Source: Bacteroidia bacterium | Lineage (GTDB): Bacteria > Bacteroidota > Bacteroidia > 2-12-FULL-35-15 | Assembly (NCBI GenBank): GCA_036170475.1 | Contig: JAVHPE010000206.1 | Span: forward strand, 91,080 to 155,079 | Length of the DNA stretch: 64,000 nt | Direction: 5' to 3' | Shown: positions 10,344 through 18,902 of the stretch, piece by piece | How positions within the stretch are numbered: the stretch's first letter is position 1 | Layout of the letters: the number at the start of each line of letters is the position of its first letter | The notes under the pieces: model-generated | Databases searched by the model: none | Told to the model about the DNA's origin: nothing | What the model saw: the letters and a program-made list of their open reading frames with translations, nothing else | Made by a program: the position numbers and the translations under genes

Positions 10344-10568
10344 CTAAAAATCGAATAAATCTTTAACTTTCACATTTAAAGCCTCAGCAATAGCAATAAT
10401 AGTACTTATACTGGTATTTATTTCTCCCCTTTCAATTCTTCCTATTTGATTAATACGAACATTTGCTTCAAAAGACAATTGGCTTTGAGAAATATTTTGC
10501 TCTTTTCTCAAAAGCCTTACTTTCTTACCTAATTTTTTAATTGCCTTATCGTTTCTAATGTATTTCAC
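10344..10568 (-). CDS. XRE-family helix-turn-helix transcriptional regulator
   Basis: HTH_3 signature LRKEQNISQSQLSFEANVRINQIGRIERGEINTSISTIIAIAEALNV. Confidence 0.8.
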   Translation of the reverse strand: MKYIRNDKAIKKLGKKVRLLRKEQNISQSQLSFEANVRINQIGRIERGEINTSISTIIAIAEALNVKVKDLFDF

Positions 10569-10599
10569 ACATTAAAAATGTGATAAGTTGAAAAATATA

Positions 10600-10619
10600 T
10601 TAACCCATATTTGGGTTAA
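10600..10619. promoter_or_regulatory. Palindromic operator-like site TTAACCCA-N4-TGGGTTAA upstream of the XRE gene
   Basis: Perfect 8-bp arms separated by 4 bp, 32 bp upstream of the XRE start. A second palindrome, CACATT-AAA-AATGTG (10567-10581), spans the start codon. Confidence 0.4.
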
Positions 10620-10637
10620 CCTAAAAAATTAACTATT

Positions 10638-10847
10638 ATTGGTATTTAGGTATATACGTTTAGGTCGCATAAGTCAAATTAGGCTGAAATAATTGATTTT
10701 AAAGAGTTCACGTCAAAAAATAAATTTTATTTTTTTTTAATAATGGGACGAAAATCACATTACCCACTGTTTATTTTTGATTTTGCCTTGAACCACTCTA
10801 TTATCAATAAATTTATGTGCGACCTAAACGTATATACCTATTGGTAT
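10638..10847. repeat. Inverted-repeat element: about 35-bp arms with a 21-bp perfect core, flanking about 150 bp
   Basis: aggtatatacgtttaggtcgc at 10648-10668 is exactly reverse-complementary to gcgacctaaacgtatatacct at 10819-10839. Both arms end in attggtat. Confidence 0.6.
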
Positions 10848-10874
10848 TAATTTGAACAATGTGTGGTACATTTA

Positions 10875-10968
10875 TTTTTTGCGAATAATGCGTTAATTGA
10901 TTCTATTTGAAAAAATAATTTAATAAAAAAACAAGGCGTCACCGAAAAACCAAATGAGTAGGAAAATA
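10875..10968 (+). repeat. About 95-bp leader/promoter repeat, copy A (upstream of the BNR-repeat T9SS protein gene)
   Basis: About 85-90% identical to 12190-12278 (gaataatgcgttaattgattct...aataatttaataaaaaacaaggcgtcaccgaaaa[a/g]ccaaa[t/a]gagtagg). Confidence 0.7.
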
Positions 10969-10985
10969 AATTAATACTTAATCAA

Positions 10986-12161
10986 ATGAAAAAACTACTA
11001 CTAATACTAACTATGTCTTTATCGGCAAATATTTCAAATGCACAGTGGCAGCAAAACATTGGGTCTACTAGTAGTTCCATCAATTGCTTTGCTACGATGG
11101 GAACAATACTTTTTGCTGGTACTGATTCGGGCATATTTATCTCTAACAACAATGGAAGTACCTGGATTCAGAATAATACAGGTTTTTTTACAAACTTACC
11201 GGTATATTCACTTGCTATTACTGGAACAAATATTTTTGCAGGGACAGCAATCGGGGTATTTCTTTCCACCGATAATGGAGTTAGTTGGGCGAATTTAACT
11301 GGTAATGCAAATTGGGCTAGTAATGTAGTTGCTTTAGCAATAAGCGGATCGAACATTTTTGCTTCGTCTTATGGTGGTCTCTATTTATCAACCAACAATG
11401 GAGTTAATTGGATAAATTTAACTGGGACACATGCAACTTCTATCGCAATAAGTGGAACAAATATTTTTGTTGGCTGTAACATCGGTGTGTATGTATCAAC
11501 CGACAATGGAACTAATTGGACTGCCGTGAATACCGGTTTAATAAATCAAAATGTGCTCTCGTTAGCCATTAGCGGAACAAACATGTTTGCCGGGACTACT
11601 GATGGCGTATATATATCAGGCAACAACGGAACTAATTGGACAGTTGTAAATACCGGCTTAATAAGTAATTTTTCAGTTACTACTGTTCATGCATTCGCCT
11701 TTAGCGGAACAAACATTCTTGTCGGCACTTGTCGTGGCGTATATTCATCAACTGATAATGGAACTAATTGGACTGCAGAAAATACCGGTTTAACAAATTA
11801 CCATGTACTTTCGTTAGCCAATATCGGGTCAACCATTGTTGCTGGTACCGATGGCGCATACGGGGGAAGAGTATACACTCGCCCACTATCTGAGCTGGTT
11901 GGAATTGAAGAAATGTCAAAAGACATCCCTTTTAGTGTTGCACCAAATCCTTTCGGTGTCCAAACTTCCGTTAATTTTACCGAAGAACAAAAAAACACAA
12001 TCATAAAAATAATCGATGTGTTAGGTAAAGAAATAAAAACAATAAGCTTTACAGGTAAGCAATTAATAATTGAAAAAGAAGAAATGAAAGAAGGTATTTA
12101 TTTTGTTCAGATAACTGATGAGAATAAGAATGTCGTTAACAGCAAAATTGTGGTGCAGTGA
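10986..12161 (+). CDS. Secreted BNR/Asp-box repeat beta-propeller protein with T9SS C-terminal sorting domain
   Basis: Signal peptide. Seven repeats of about 40 aa containing a GTNIFAGT..GV(Y/F)xSTDNG(T/V)NW motif (Asp-box S-x-D-x-G-x-x-W). C-terminal approximately 80 aa resemble a Por/T9SS CTD (PNPF...IYFVQI...). Confidence 0.75.
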   Translation: MKKLLLILTMSLSANISNAQWQQNIGSTSSSINCFATMGTILFAGTDSGIFISNNNGSTWIQNNTGFFTNLPVYSLAITGTNIFAGTAIGVFLSTDNGVSWANLTGNANWASNVVALAISGSNIFASSYGGLYLSTNNGVNWINLTGTHATSIAISGTNIFVGCNIGVYVSTDNGTNWTAVNTGLINQNVLSLAISGTNMFAGTTDGVYISGNNGTNWTVVNTGLISNFSVTTVHAFAFSGTNILVGTCRGVYSSTDNGTNWTAENTGLTNYHVLSLANIGSTIVAGTDGAYGGRVYTRPLSELVGIEEMSKDIPFSVAPNPFGVQTSVNFTEEQKNTIIKIIDVLGKEIKTISFTGKQLIIEKEEMKEGIYFVQITDENKNVVNSKIVVQ

Positions 12162-12189
12162 TGATACTGAAAAATAAAAAGGAATATTT

Positions 12190-12278
12190 GTTTTTTTGAA
12201 TAATGCGTTAATTGATTCTGTGAAAAAATAATTTAATAAAAAACAAGGCGTCACCGAAAAGCCAAAAGAGTAGGGAAA
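12190..12278 (+). repeat. About 95-bp leader/promoter repeat, copy B (upstream of the lipoprotein gene)
   Basis: See copy A. Confidence 0.7.
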
Positions 12279-12296
12279 TTTTAAAATAAAAAACAC

Positions 12297-13250
12297 ATGA
12301 AAAAAACATTCCTCCTATTGTTATTGATAATAACATTAGTAAACTGCGGTATTAGTCAAAGGCTAGGTACCTACAAAGAAAGTGAAAGAAATACCGCTTG
12401 GAAGCACAGTAAATTATATGTGGTAAAAACACAAGATGCTGGAATTAATTCAGCTCTGGAAGCTGCCGTTAAAAACACTTTTAAAAACTATGCGGGCACA
12501 GTTTCACAAGAAGGAGCTGAAAAATTAATGAAAAATGAAAATAATTTTTTGTTAACTGTTTATTATAATAATTCATTGATTATTAAGCAAAATGCTTATG
12601 ATAAATATGTCTTTAATATTGGCATATTCCAGGCTAATGAAAAAAAATTTAAAAATATTAGTAGAGATGTTTTTGTGTGTCAAGAATATACACCAGCGGC
12701 ACCCAATCTGAACGTAACCTTTGTTGCAAAAGAAGTAAGCATATTATATTCAGAAAATGAGTTTGGCAAAACATTTGAACCAGAAGCTAATATGATTGCT
12801 ATGATACCGTCCACCATACTTAATTTTCAACAATTTATTGATGCAATGGACAAAACAGAAAACGTGCCACGCGGTCTTGGGGACATTAAAACCATGAAAG
12901 CTGTTTCAAAGATTCTATCCGTGGATGCTAAAATATTAAAAAACAAAACATTACTCGTTCTTAACAGCCCATTTACAGAAGAATTTTATAATAATTATGC
13001 TTTTAAGAAAGAGAAGGTTGAGAAGAACGATCTCTCAAAAATAATTTCAAAAGATAAAGGTTACTGTTTCCTTAAATATAGCTTTGATGTATTAAATACC
13101 CTTATGAAGCAACTCAACATAATTGATTGTGAAACAGGAGCTGTTATTTATTCTGCAAATGCTTACAACACTTCATTTATGACCCTTTTGACTAAAAAAC
13201 ATGCAGAAGAATTAAGCGACGCAGTTAATGGGAAGATAAAGAATAAATAA
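12297..13250 (+). CDS. Hypothetical lipoprotein
   Basis: Signal peptide with lipobox LVNC|G. No recognisable domain. Confidence 0.55.
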   Translation: MKKTFLLLLLIITLVNCGISQRLGTYKESERNTAWKHSKLYVVKTQDAGINSALEAAVKNTFKNYAGTVSQEGAEKLMKNENNFLLTVYYNNSLIIKQNAYDKYVFNIGIFQANEKKFKNISRDVFVCQEYTPAAPNLNVTFVAKEVSILYSENEFGKTFEPEANMIAMIPSTILNFQQFIDAMDKTENVPRGLGDIKTMKAVSKILSVDAKILKNKTLLVLNSPFTEEFYNNYAFKKEKVEKNDLSKIISKDKGYCFLKYSFDVLNTLMKQLNIIDCETGAVIYSANAYNTSFMTLLTKKHAEELSDAVNGKIKNK

Positions 13251-13358
13251 ATTTTACAAATATTATTCTCAGATGAATTTCTAGGCAGGGCTTTCTTAAG
13301 CTGCATCAACACAGAAGTGTGCGTTTTTAGAAGTTTCCTTTAATCAAATAAAAAAGCA

Positions 13359-13976
13359 ATGCGCCCTTTTTTAAAAATTACATTTTTTATTCTTTTTGGA
13401 AGCAACATTGCTTTAGGGCAAATTAGTGTAAGGCTTTTCAACTATCGTCCAACTGGTGACTTAGGATTTGTAATGAAGCCACTATTCTCAGCTGAAATTG
13501 GTTATCAGCAGTCTTTTGACGGAAGTCGTATCAGAGGTGGTTTTTCGCTTACCTATTTACACATGAAACCAAGGATGGATGTCTTTCCCGTTACCGGCCT
13601 TTTAACAGATGGTAATGGAACAAGGGTACTTCCTGGGGAACAGTCATTTCAAAAATATAATCTCGGTCAGCTATTTGCTGATATGGATTTTGCATTTGTG
13701 AAACAAAAAAATTTCAATGTTTTTATGGGAGGAGGCATAATAATTGGCGCTGCAAGTGTTGAATATAAAGCCAATGTTCCGCCTGTAATTGTTGAAACTT
13801 ACCAAGGAGGTGGAATTTTAGGAGGGCTTCGCTTTCGGTTAGGTACTGAATATTTAGTAAATGACAATATAGGAATATCATTTACCGCAAATAGAAATAT
13901 TTTTTTAGTCGCAGATCCGGCAGGTATATTTTGGGCTAATGATTATGGTATTGGAATGAGGTATTCGTTTGATTAA
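13359..13976 (+). CDS. Putative small outer-membrane beta-barrel protein
   Basis: Signal peptide, alternating hydrophobic beta-strand pattern and a C-terminal aromatic residue (…MRYSFD). Confidence 0.45.
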   Translation: MRPFLKITFFILFGSNIALGQISVRLFNYRPTGDLGFVMKPLFSAEIGYQQSFDGSRIRGGFSLTYLHMKPRMDVFPVTGLLTDGNGTRVLPGEQSFQKYNLGQLFADMDFAFVKQKNFNVFMGGGIIIGAASVEYKANVPPVIVETYQGGGILGGLRFRLGTEYLVNDNIGISFTANRNIFLVADPAGIFWANDYGIGMRYSFD

Positions 13977-13985
13977 ATATTATTT

Positions 13986-14768
13986 ATGAAAAAAAAATCT
14001 TATTGGATAATTTTTATTTCTGTTTTAACATTAACAAGTTCCTGCAGGAAAGCATTAAAGGATGTAAATGATTATTTTCCTAAAATAAAAACAGTTTCTG
14101 CAAGCATTCAAAATGATGGAACAGTGCTTGTGGAAGGAGAGATAGACTCAGAAGGAGCAGCTGCCATTGAACACATTGGCTTTTGTTGTTCCACCAGCCA
14201 AAACCCTCTTATGTTAGCCAGTCAGATTACTACTATTGTAAAGGGCACTAAATTTTCGGCAATATATTCCGGTTTCGATTATGATTCTGTTTATTATTTC
14301 AGGTCCTGGGCAACCAATCATTATGGTTATTCTTATGGTAACATTCTTTCACTCGATAGTATAGAAGCATACCATGTATATCCACCTTGTACAAATACGA
14401 TGAACACTGTTAGCGAAGGTGGAGGACAACCATTAGCAACTTATACTACTGTTGGAACACCTGTCAATAATATTGGTTACTGGGAATTCGCAGCAGCAAC
14501 ATATACCGGGCCATCATCCGTAAATTTTTCGTTTGGCTCCAACCTGACAACTGGAATTTATACAACCACAACCAATACATCACCGGGTTCGGGAGAGGCT
14601 CATATTTCTTTTAACGACGGATTTATTTCGGGAACACTTAATAGTGGCAGTAGTGTTTATGTGAATACTATTGGTTCAGGGATTTATGATATTAGCATTT
14701 GCAGCGCGCCTTGGCAATACAACTCAAGCACTTTTTATTTTAATACCCGCCTTACAGTTCATGGGTAA
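13986..14768 (+). CDS. Hypothetical lipoprotein
   Basis: Signal peptide with lipobox LTSSC. Ser/Thr/Gly-rich. Confidence 0.5.
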   Translation: MKKKSYWIIFISVLTLTSSCRKALKDVNDYFPKIKTVSASIQNDGTVLVEGEIDSEGAAAIEHIGFCCSTSQNPLMLASQITTIVKGTKFSAIYSGFDYDSVYYFRSWATNHYGYSYGNILSLDSIEAYHVYPPCTNTMNTVSEGGGQPLATYTTVGTPVNNIGYWEFAAATYTGPSSVNFSFGSNLTTGIYTTTTNTSPGSGEAHISFNDGFISGTLNSGSSVYVNTIGSGIYDISICSAPWQYNSSTFYFNTRLTVHG

Positions 14769-14828
14769 AAAGGAGAGTTGATAGTTCAACCAAACATATG
14801 AATGCCATTTGCTGATTGCAAATTAGAT

Positions 14829-14875
14829 TTGCCCTGAAAGGGCAACATATACTAACACAGGGCATCGCCCTGTGA
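14829..14875. repeat. REP/BIME-like paired hairpins downstream of RAYT-1 (inverted orientation relative to the upstream copies)
   Basis: Hairpins ttgccctGAAagggcaa and cacagggcATCgccctgtg, linked by catatactaa. They are reverse complements of the units at 15416-15528. Confidence 0.7.
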
Positions 14876-14917
14876 AAATTACCAAACTCCTCTATTACCC
14901 TGTAAGGGTAAAATATA

Positions 14918-15370
14918 TTAATCCCAAACATAACGTTCATCGTAATCCACTTTATACTTTTTTAAAAACGCACGGTATTCATCCTGAAATGAATCTTTCT
15001 TGTGGTGTTCTTCCTGATTTTCGATATACCTCACTACTATATCAATTTCACTGGGATTCACAGAAAATGCACCATATCCATCCTGCCAATGAAAACCTGC
15101 AAATTCTTCTCCTTTTGTTTTAATCCATTTTGAAGAATTTTTTTTTACCTCTTCAAGGAGCTTCATTACTGCTATTTTTTTAGATAGCAAACAAAGGATG
15201 TGAATATGATCGGTATACCCGCCTATTTTTATAGGGAAACATTCTAAATTTTTACATATTCCACCTAAATAACTATATAATTCAGGTTGCACCTCCTTAT
15301 GTAATACTGATTTCCTGTATTTCGTACTGAAAACCAAATGAGTATATATTTTTGTTAATGATTGAGACAT
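14918..15370 (-). CDS. REP-associated tyrosine transposase (RAYT; IS200/IS605-like HuH Y1 transposase)
   Basis: HuH motif GYTDHIHIL and a conserved Tyr region (…EYRAFL…); 150 aa. Flanked by REP hairpins on both sides. Confidence 0.85.
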   Translation of the reverse strand: MSQSLTKIYTHLVFSTKYRKSVLHKEVQPELYSYLGGICKNLECFPIKIGGYTDHIHILCLLSKKIAVMKLLEEVKKNSSKWIKTKGEEFAGFHWQDGYGAFSVNPSEIDIVVRYIENQEEHHKKDSFQDEYRAFLKKYKVDYDERYVWD

Positions 15371-15381
15371 GGTTTTATTAC

Positions 15382-15528
15382 GCCCTTTCAGGGCTTTTTT
15401 ATCTTTATTGTTTTCTACGTAGGGCGATGCCCTACGTTAGTATATATAGCCCTTTCAGGGCTAATTTATGTTTATTGCTTCCTGGGTAGGGCGATGCCCT
15501 ACGTTAGTATATATAGCCCTTTCAGGGC
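15382..15528. repeat. REP/BIME array upstream of RAYT-1: a single hairpin plus two tandem 46-bp units
   Basis: Hairpin gccctTTCagggc at 15382-15394. The unit tacgtagggcGATgccctacgtta-gtatatata-gccctTTCagggc occurs at 15416-15461 and again at 15486-15528. Confidence 0.75.
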
Positions 15529-15614
15529 ATATGAAATTTCATGCATTAATATCGATTTCAATTTTTCAATTTTTTAATATTACCTCATCAAAATTAAATT
15601 ACCCAATAAAACAA

Positions 15615-16295
15615 TCACTTTTTTACCACATTCTCTCCACCCATCATTACATATTGTATGATGTTTGCTCCCATTTTTAAGGCTTTCTGATGAGTTTCAG
15701 GAGAATCCTTATGTATTTCGAAACTTTCCCAGCCATCGCCTAAATCACATTCGTAATCATAAAAACAAACTAATCGTCCTTGATAAACTAATCCAAAACC
15801 TTGTGCTGCTTTGCCATCATGTTCATGTATCTTAGGTAATCCATTCGGGAAATCATATTTTTGATGGTAAATAGCATGAGAGAATGGAAGCTCGACAAAA
15901 TCCAATTCAGGAAACACCTTTTTCATCTGAGTGCGAATGAATTTATCTATTCCATAATTATCCGAAATATGTAAAAACCCACCGCCAATTAAATAGTTGC
16001 GCAGGTTCTCTGTTTCCTGAGCATTAAATACCACATTGCCATGTCCGGTAATGTGTACTAATGGATAATTAAAAATATCAGGACTCCCCACTTCAACAAT
16101 TGCCTGTTCAGGATTAATATTAGTTTTTAAATTACTGTTACAAAACTCAATTAAATTGGGGATTGATGTTTCCAGGTTAGCATACCAATCGCCTCCACCA
16201 CTATACTTAAGCAATGCTATCTGATAAGTAGGAATAGGGCTGAATGCAAAACAAGCAGTCAAAATTACAATTGAGAAAATTATTTTTTTTAACAT
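15615..16295 (-). CDS. Conserved secreted hypothetical protein (Bacteroidota family, possibly DUF4159-like)
   Basis: Signal peptide; GGGDW and HITGHGN motifs. Family assignment is from memory only. Confidence 0.45.
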   Translation of the reverse strand: MLKKIIFSIVILTACFAFSPIPTYQIALLKYSGGGDWYANLETSIPNLIEFCNSNLKTNINPEQAIVEVGSPDIFNYPLVHITGHGNVVFNAQETENLRNYLIGGGFLHISDNYGIDKFIRTQMKKVFPELDFVELPFSHAIYHQKYDFPNGLPKIHEHDGKAAQGFGLVYQGRLVCFYDYECDLGDGWESFEIHKDSPETHQKALKMGANIIQYVMMGGENVVKK

Positions 16296-16325
16296 TTTAT
16301 TACAGATTTATTTCAGCTATATCGT

Positions 16326-16745
16326 TTAACTGTCAATTTTATAGGGTCCACTACCAAAAAAATTACTTCCTTCATCCCCTTCTTTGCGAATTTTCTCTTG
16401 TATTTTTTGGGCTAATTCGGCGTAATGTTTTAAATTATTTTTAATTAAAAAAGCCGCGGCATTATCATCACCATTAATATAATTTGCCATGGCAGCCCAA
16501 TGAAATTCTTTTTTATCCATTAATATTTTAAAAGCATTTTGGTCCTCCCATATTGCATTAGCAAAAGCGGCAAGCGTAAAGTGTTTGTGTGTTAATAAAT
16601 ATTCAAGTGCCTTTGGATAACCGCTTACAGCATCTCTTAGCTGAACCAACTCTTCGTGTTTATTATGTTGTAACCATGCTTTGGCAGTATTATTACCTTC
16701 TATCCAAGCAGTGGTTTTTTCTATTACTTCTTTTGGGTATAACAT
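16326..16745 (-). CDS. Hypothetical protein (139 aa)
   Basis: ORF with good coding character; no recognisable domain. Confidence 0.4.
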   Translation of the reverse strand: MLYPKEVIEKTTAWIEGNNTAKAWLQHNKHEELVQLRDAVSGYPKALEYLLTHKHFTLAAFANAIWEDQNAFKILMDKKEFHWAAMANYINGDDNAAAFLIKNNLKHYAELAQKIQEKIRKEGDEGSNFFGSGPYKIDS

Positions 16746-16817
16746 TGGTTGATTTGAAATCCTTGAACAAAGTTACGAAATCTCTTATGTTCAAAATGAA
16801 GAATTAATAAAATGGCA

Positions 16818-17933
16818 TTAAAGGGCGATCACAATTTTCTGAATTTCGGTACAATTATTTGTTTGAAAACTAAGGAAATAAATTCCGGGGTTTAAATGTA
16901 AATCAGCTATGTTGATTGATTTTAAATGAGTTCCACCACTTAGTGTCCCTTCAGCAATATCGGCTACCGTTTTCCCGAGTAAATTGATAATACTTAATTT
17001 AACCGGGGTTGTAGCTGTTAAATTGTATTGTAACAATATTTCATTAACGCAAGGGTTTGGATAAACGCTAAGCTGCGAAAGATGAACTGCATTTTCAACG
17101 ATACCTACTTGGGGAACTCCTGTGCGGGTACTATCTATATAACGGACATTATTAACAGTAACAGTTCCGGCAACATCACTTGCATCGATTTTCAACACAG
17201 GAATCTTCATCCCTGTTGACAGCCATTTGAATTCATATTTTAAAGGTCGTGGAATTTTAATGCCAAAGCCGTACGTATCATAATAAATCGTATCAACAGC
17301 AGCTATGGTGGATTTTATCCTTAATGTTTGAAATGTTCCAAACGGCGTAGTTAATGTTCCCCAACCATCTACAAGATTCTCACGATGTCCTGATTGTCCG
17401 TAATACCCTGTTCCCGGAATGTTTAAACAATATTTATAATCACATGCATCAGCATTTAGATAGTTCATTGGAAATGTATAAATAACATCTGATGCTGAAT
17501 AGTAAAAAGGAATCGGCGCATTATTAATAGTGTACCCGGACCCAACCTGTTTAAATTGCGAGGTAGTTTCTTTAAAAAAATCATACGCAGCAGTAATTTG
17601 TGTTCCTCCTGGCAATGCAATAGAAGCAAATTCGTAATTATTTCTGCCATAGGAGGTATTTATCGGGTTAAACACTAAATTATAGGGCGAAGTAAAAGAT
17701 TGTGTTGAATCAAACTTCTCGTATTGTTGAGTATTTGGAACTAATGCGGAAAAATCCCAATTATGATTTGCACCTGTAAGTGAAGGATCAACAATCCCGA
17801 TAGTGTTGTTAACACTTACTTTTATAGAATCATTTTCATCCGGCATATCAGATGAAGAAATAGATATAGGCGTTTGTGAATTTAACGACAGAGAAATAAA
17901 TAGTCCGAAAAGTATAAAGATATTTTTTTTCAT
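16818..17933 (-). CDS. Secreted protein with T9SS C-terminal sorting domain
   Basis: Signal peptide. C-terminus is CTD-like (VYPNPCVNEILLQY...GIYFLSFQTNN...KIVI). Confidence 0.65.
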   Translation of the reverse strand: MKKNIFILFGLFISLSLNSQTPISISSSDMPDENDSIKVSVNNTIGIVDPSLTGANHNWDFSALVPNTQQYEKFDSTQSFTSPYNLVFNPINTSYGRNNYEFASIALPGGTQITAAYDFFKETTSQFKQVGSGYTINNAPIPFYYSASDVIYTFPMNYLNADACDYKYCLNIPGTGYYGQSGHRENLVDGWGTLTTPFGTFQTLRIKSTIAAVDTIYYDTYGFGIKIPRPLKYEFKWLSTGMKIPVLKIDASDVAGTVTVNNVRYIDSTRTGVPQVGIVENAVHLSQLSVYPNPCVNEILLQYNLTATTPVKLSIINLLGKTVADIAEGTLSGGTHLKSINIADLHLNPGIYFLSFQTNNCTEIQKIVIAL

Positions 17934-18173
17934 GACCTATTTTTTGTTCAAGCGAATGTAAGAAATTTTAGCGCAATAATTTTACTTTTTTAAAGTTATT
18001 AGTCGGCATGCTGTAAACACGGCAATAAATATGTATTTTTGAATTCAGTAATAAATTTAAAAAGATGCTAATTTGTAAATCCATCCCAACAAATGATTCC
18101 TTTCAATAGGGCAGGTGTGTTAATTTAGTTTTCAAATTACCGAATGAATTTATTTTAGATTAATCCATAAATT

Positions 18174-18836
18174 ATGAATAAAAAAACATACGTACTGCTG
18201 ATTCTAATAAGTCTGGCATCAGCATTAGTGAATGCCCAAAGTAAGGTAGCATGGCAGGATTCAGGAGGGAAAGAAAACAATTTAATCCAGTTTTCAGGAA
18301 TTATTGTGGAAGGGGAAAATTTACGTCCTGTACCCTATACCAGTATTATTGTCAGGAATACCCGCAGGGGAACTATCAGTGATTATTTTGGATATTTTTC
18401 TTTTGTTGCCAAAGAAAGTGATACCATACAATTTTCAGCAATTGGCTTTAGTTCCGCTCAATATATTATCCCGGATACATTAACTTCAAATACGTATTCA
18501 CTCATACAGGTATTAAGGAGAGATACTATTTATTTAAAAGTTACGGAAGTATATCCTTGGCCTTCAAAAGAACAATTTAAACAGGCTTTTTTAAATCTTA
18601 ATTTGCCCGATGATGATTTAGCAAGAGCCACAAAAAATATGGATCGTTCTGATCTTAAAGAGCAAATGGTGGGTATGGCAATGGATGCAAGTCTTAATTA
18701 TAAATACAGTTCGCAACAGTACCAAAGCAAACTCTATTATGCAGGTCAAATGCCTCCCAACAATTTGTTGAACCCGATAGCATGGGCAAAGTTTATTCAG
18801 GCATGGAAAAATGGTGATTTTAAAAAGAAAAATTAA
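18174..18836 (+). CDS. Carboxypeptidase-regulatory-like domain protein (secreted)
   Basis: Signal peptide and a CarbopepD_reg-like segment (GIIVEGENLRPVPYTSIIVRNTRRGTISDYFGYFSF). Confidence 0.5.
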   Translation: MNKKTYVLLILISLASALVNAQSKVAWQDSGGKENNLIQFSGIIVEGENLRPVPYTSIIVRNTRRGTISDYFGYFSFVAKESDTIQFSAIGFSSAQYIIPDTLTSNTYSLIQVLRRDTIYLKVTEVYPWPSKEQFKQAFLNLNLPDDDLARATKNMDRSDLKEQMVGMAMDASLNYKYSSQQYQSKLYYAGQMPPNNLLNPIAWAKFIQAWKNGDFKKKN

Positions 18837-18902
18837 TTTGGCGATTGGTCATTAGGCAATTGACAATACAATTAATAACAAATAACTAATGACCATTAAC
18901 GA

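Larger units (their letters stand above)
14829..15528 (-). mobile_element. RAYT-REP unit 1 (transposase gene with flanking inverted REP clusters)
   Basis: Union of the three preceding features. Confidence 0.7.

Noticed and set aside
10187-10715. Short shared 15-bp segment gattttaaa(a)gagttc at 10187 and 10694
   Set aside because: Too short and AT-rich to distinguish from chance.
14752-15123. Small ORFs (62 aa on the minus strand, 83 aa on the plus strand) overlapping RAYT-1 and its REP flank
   Set aside because: They lie antisense to or overlap a well-supported RAYT gene and REP hairpins; no coding signal.
15362-15680. Two overlapping + strand ORFs (71 and 70 aa) sharing the peptide GRCPTLVYIALSG
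   Set aside because: They are translations of the tandem REP/BIME units upstream of RAYT-1. The repeated peptide simply mirrors the repeated DNA.
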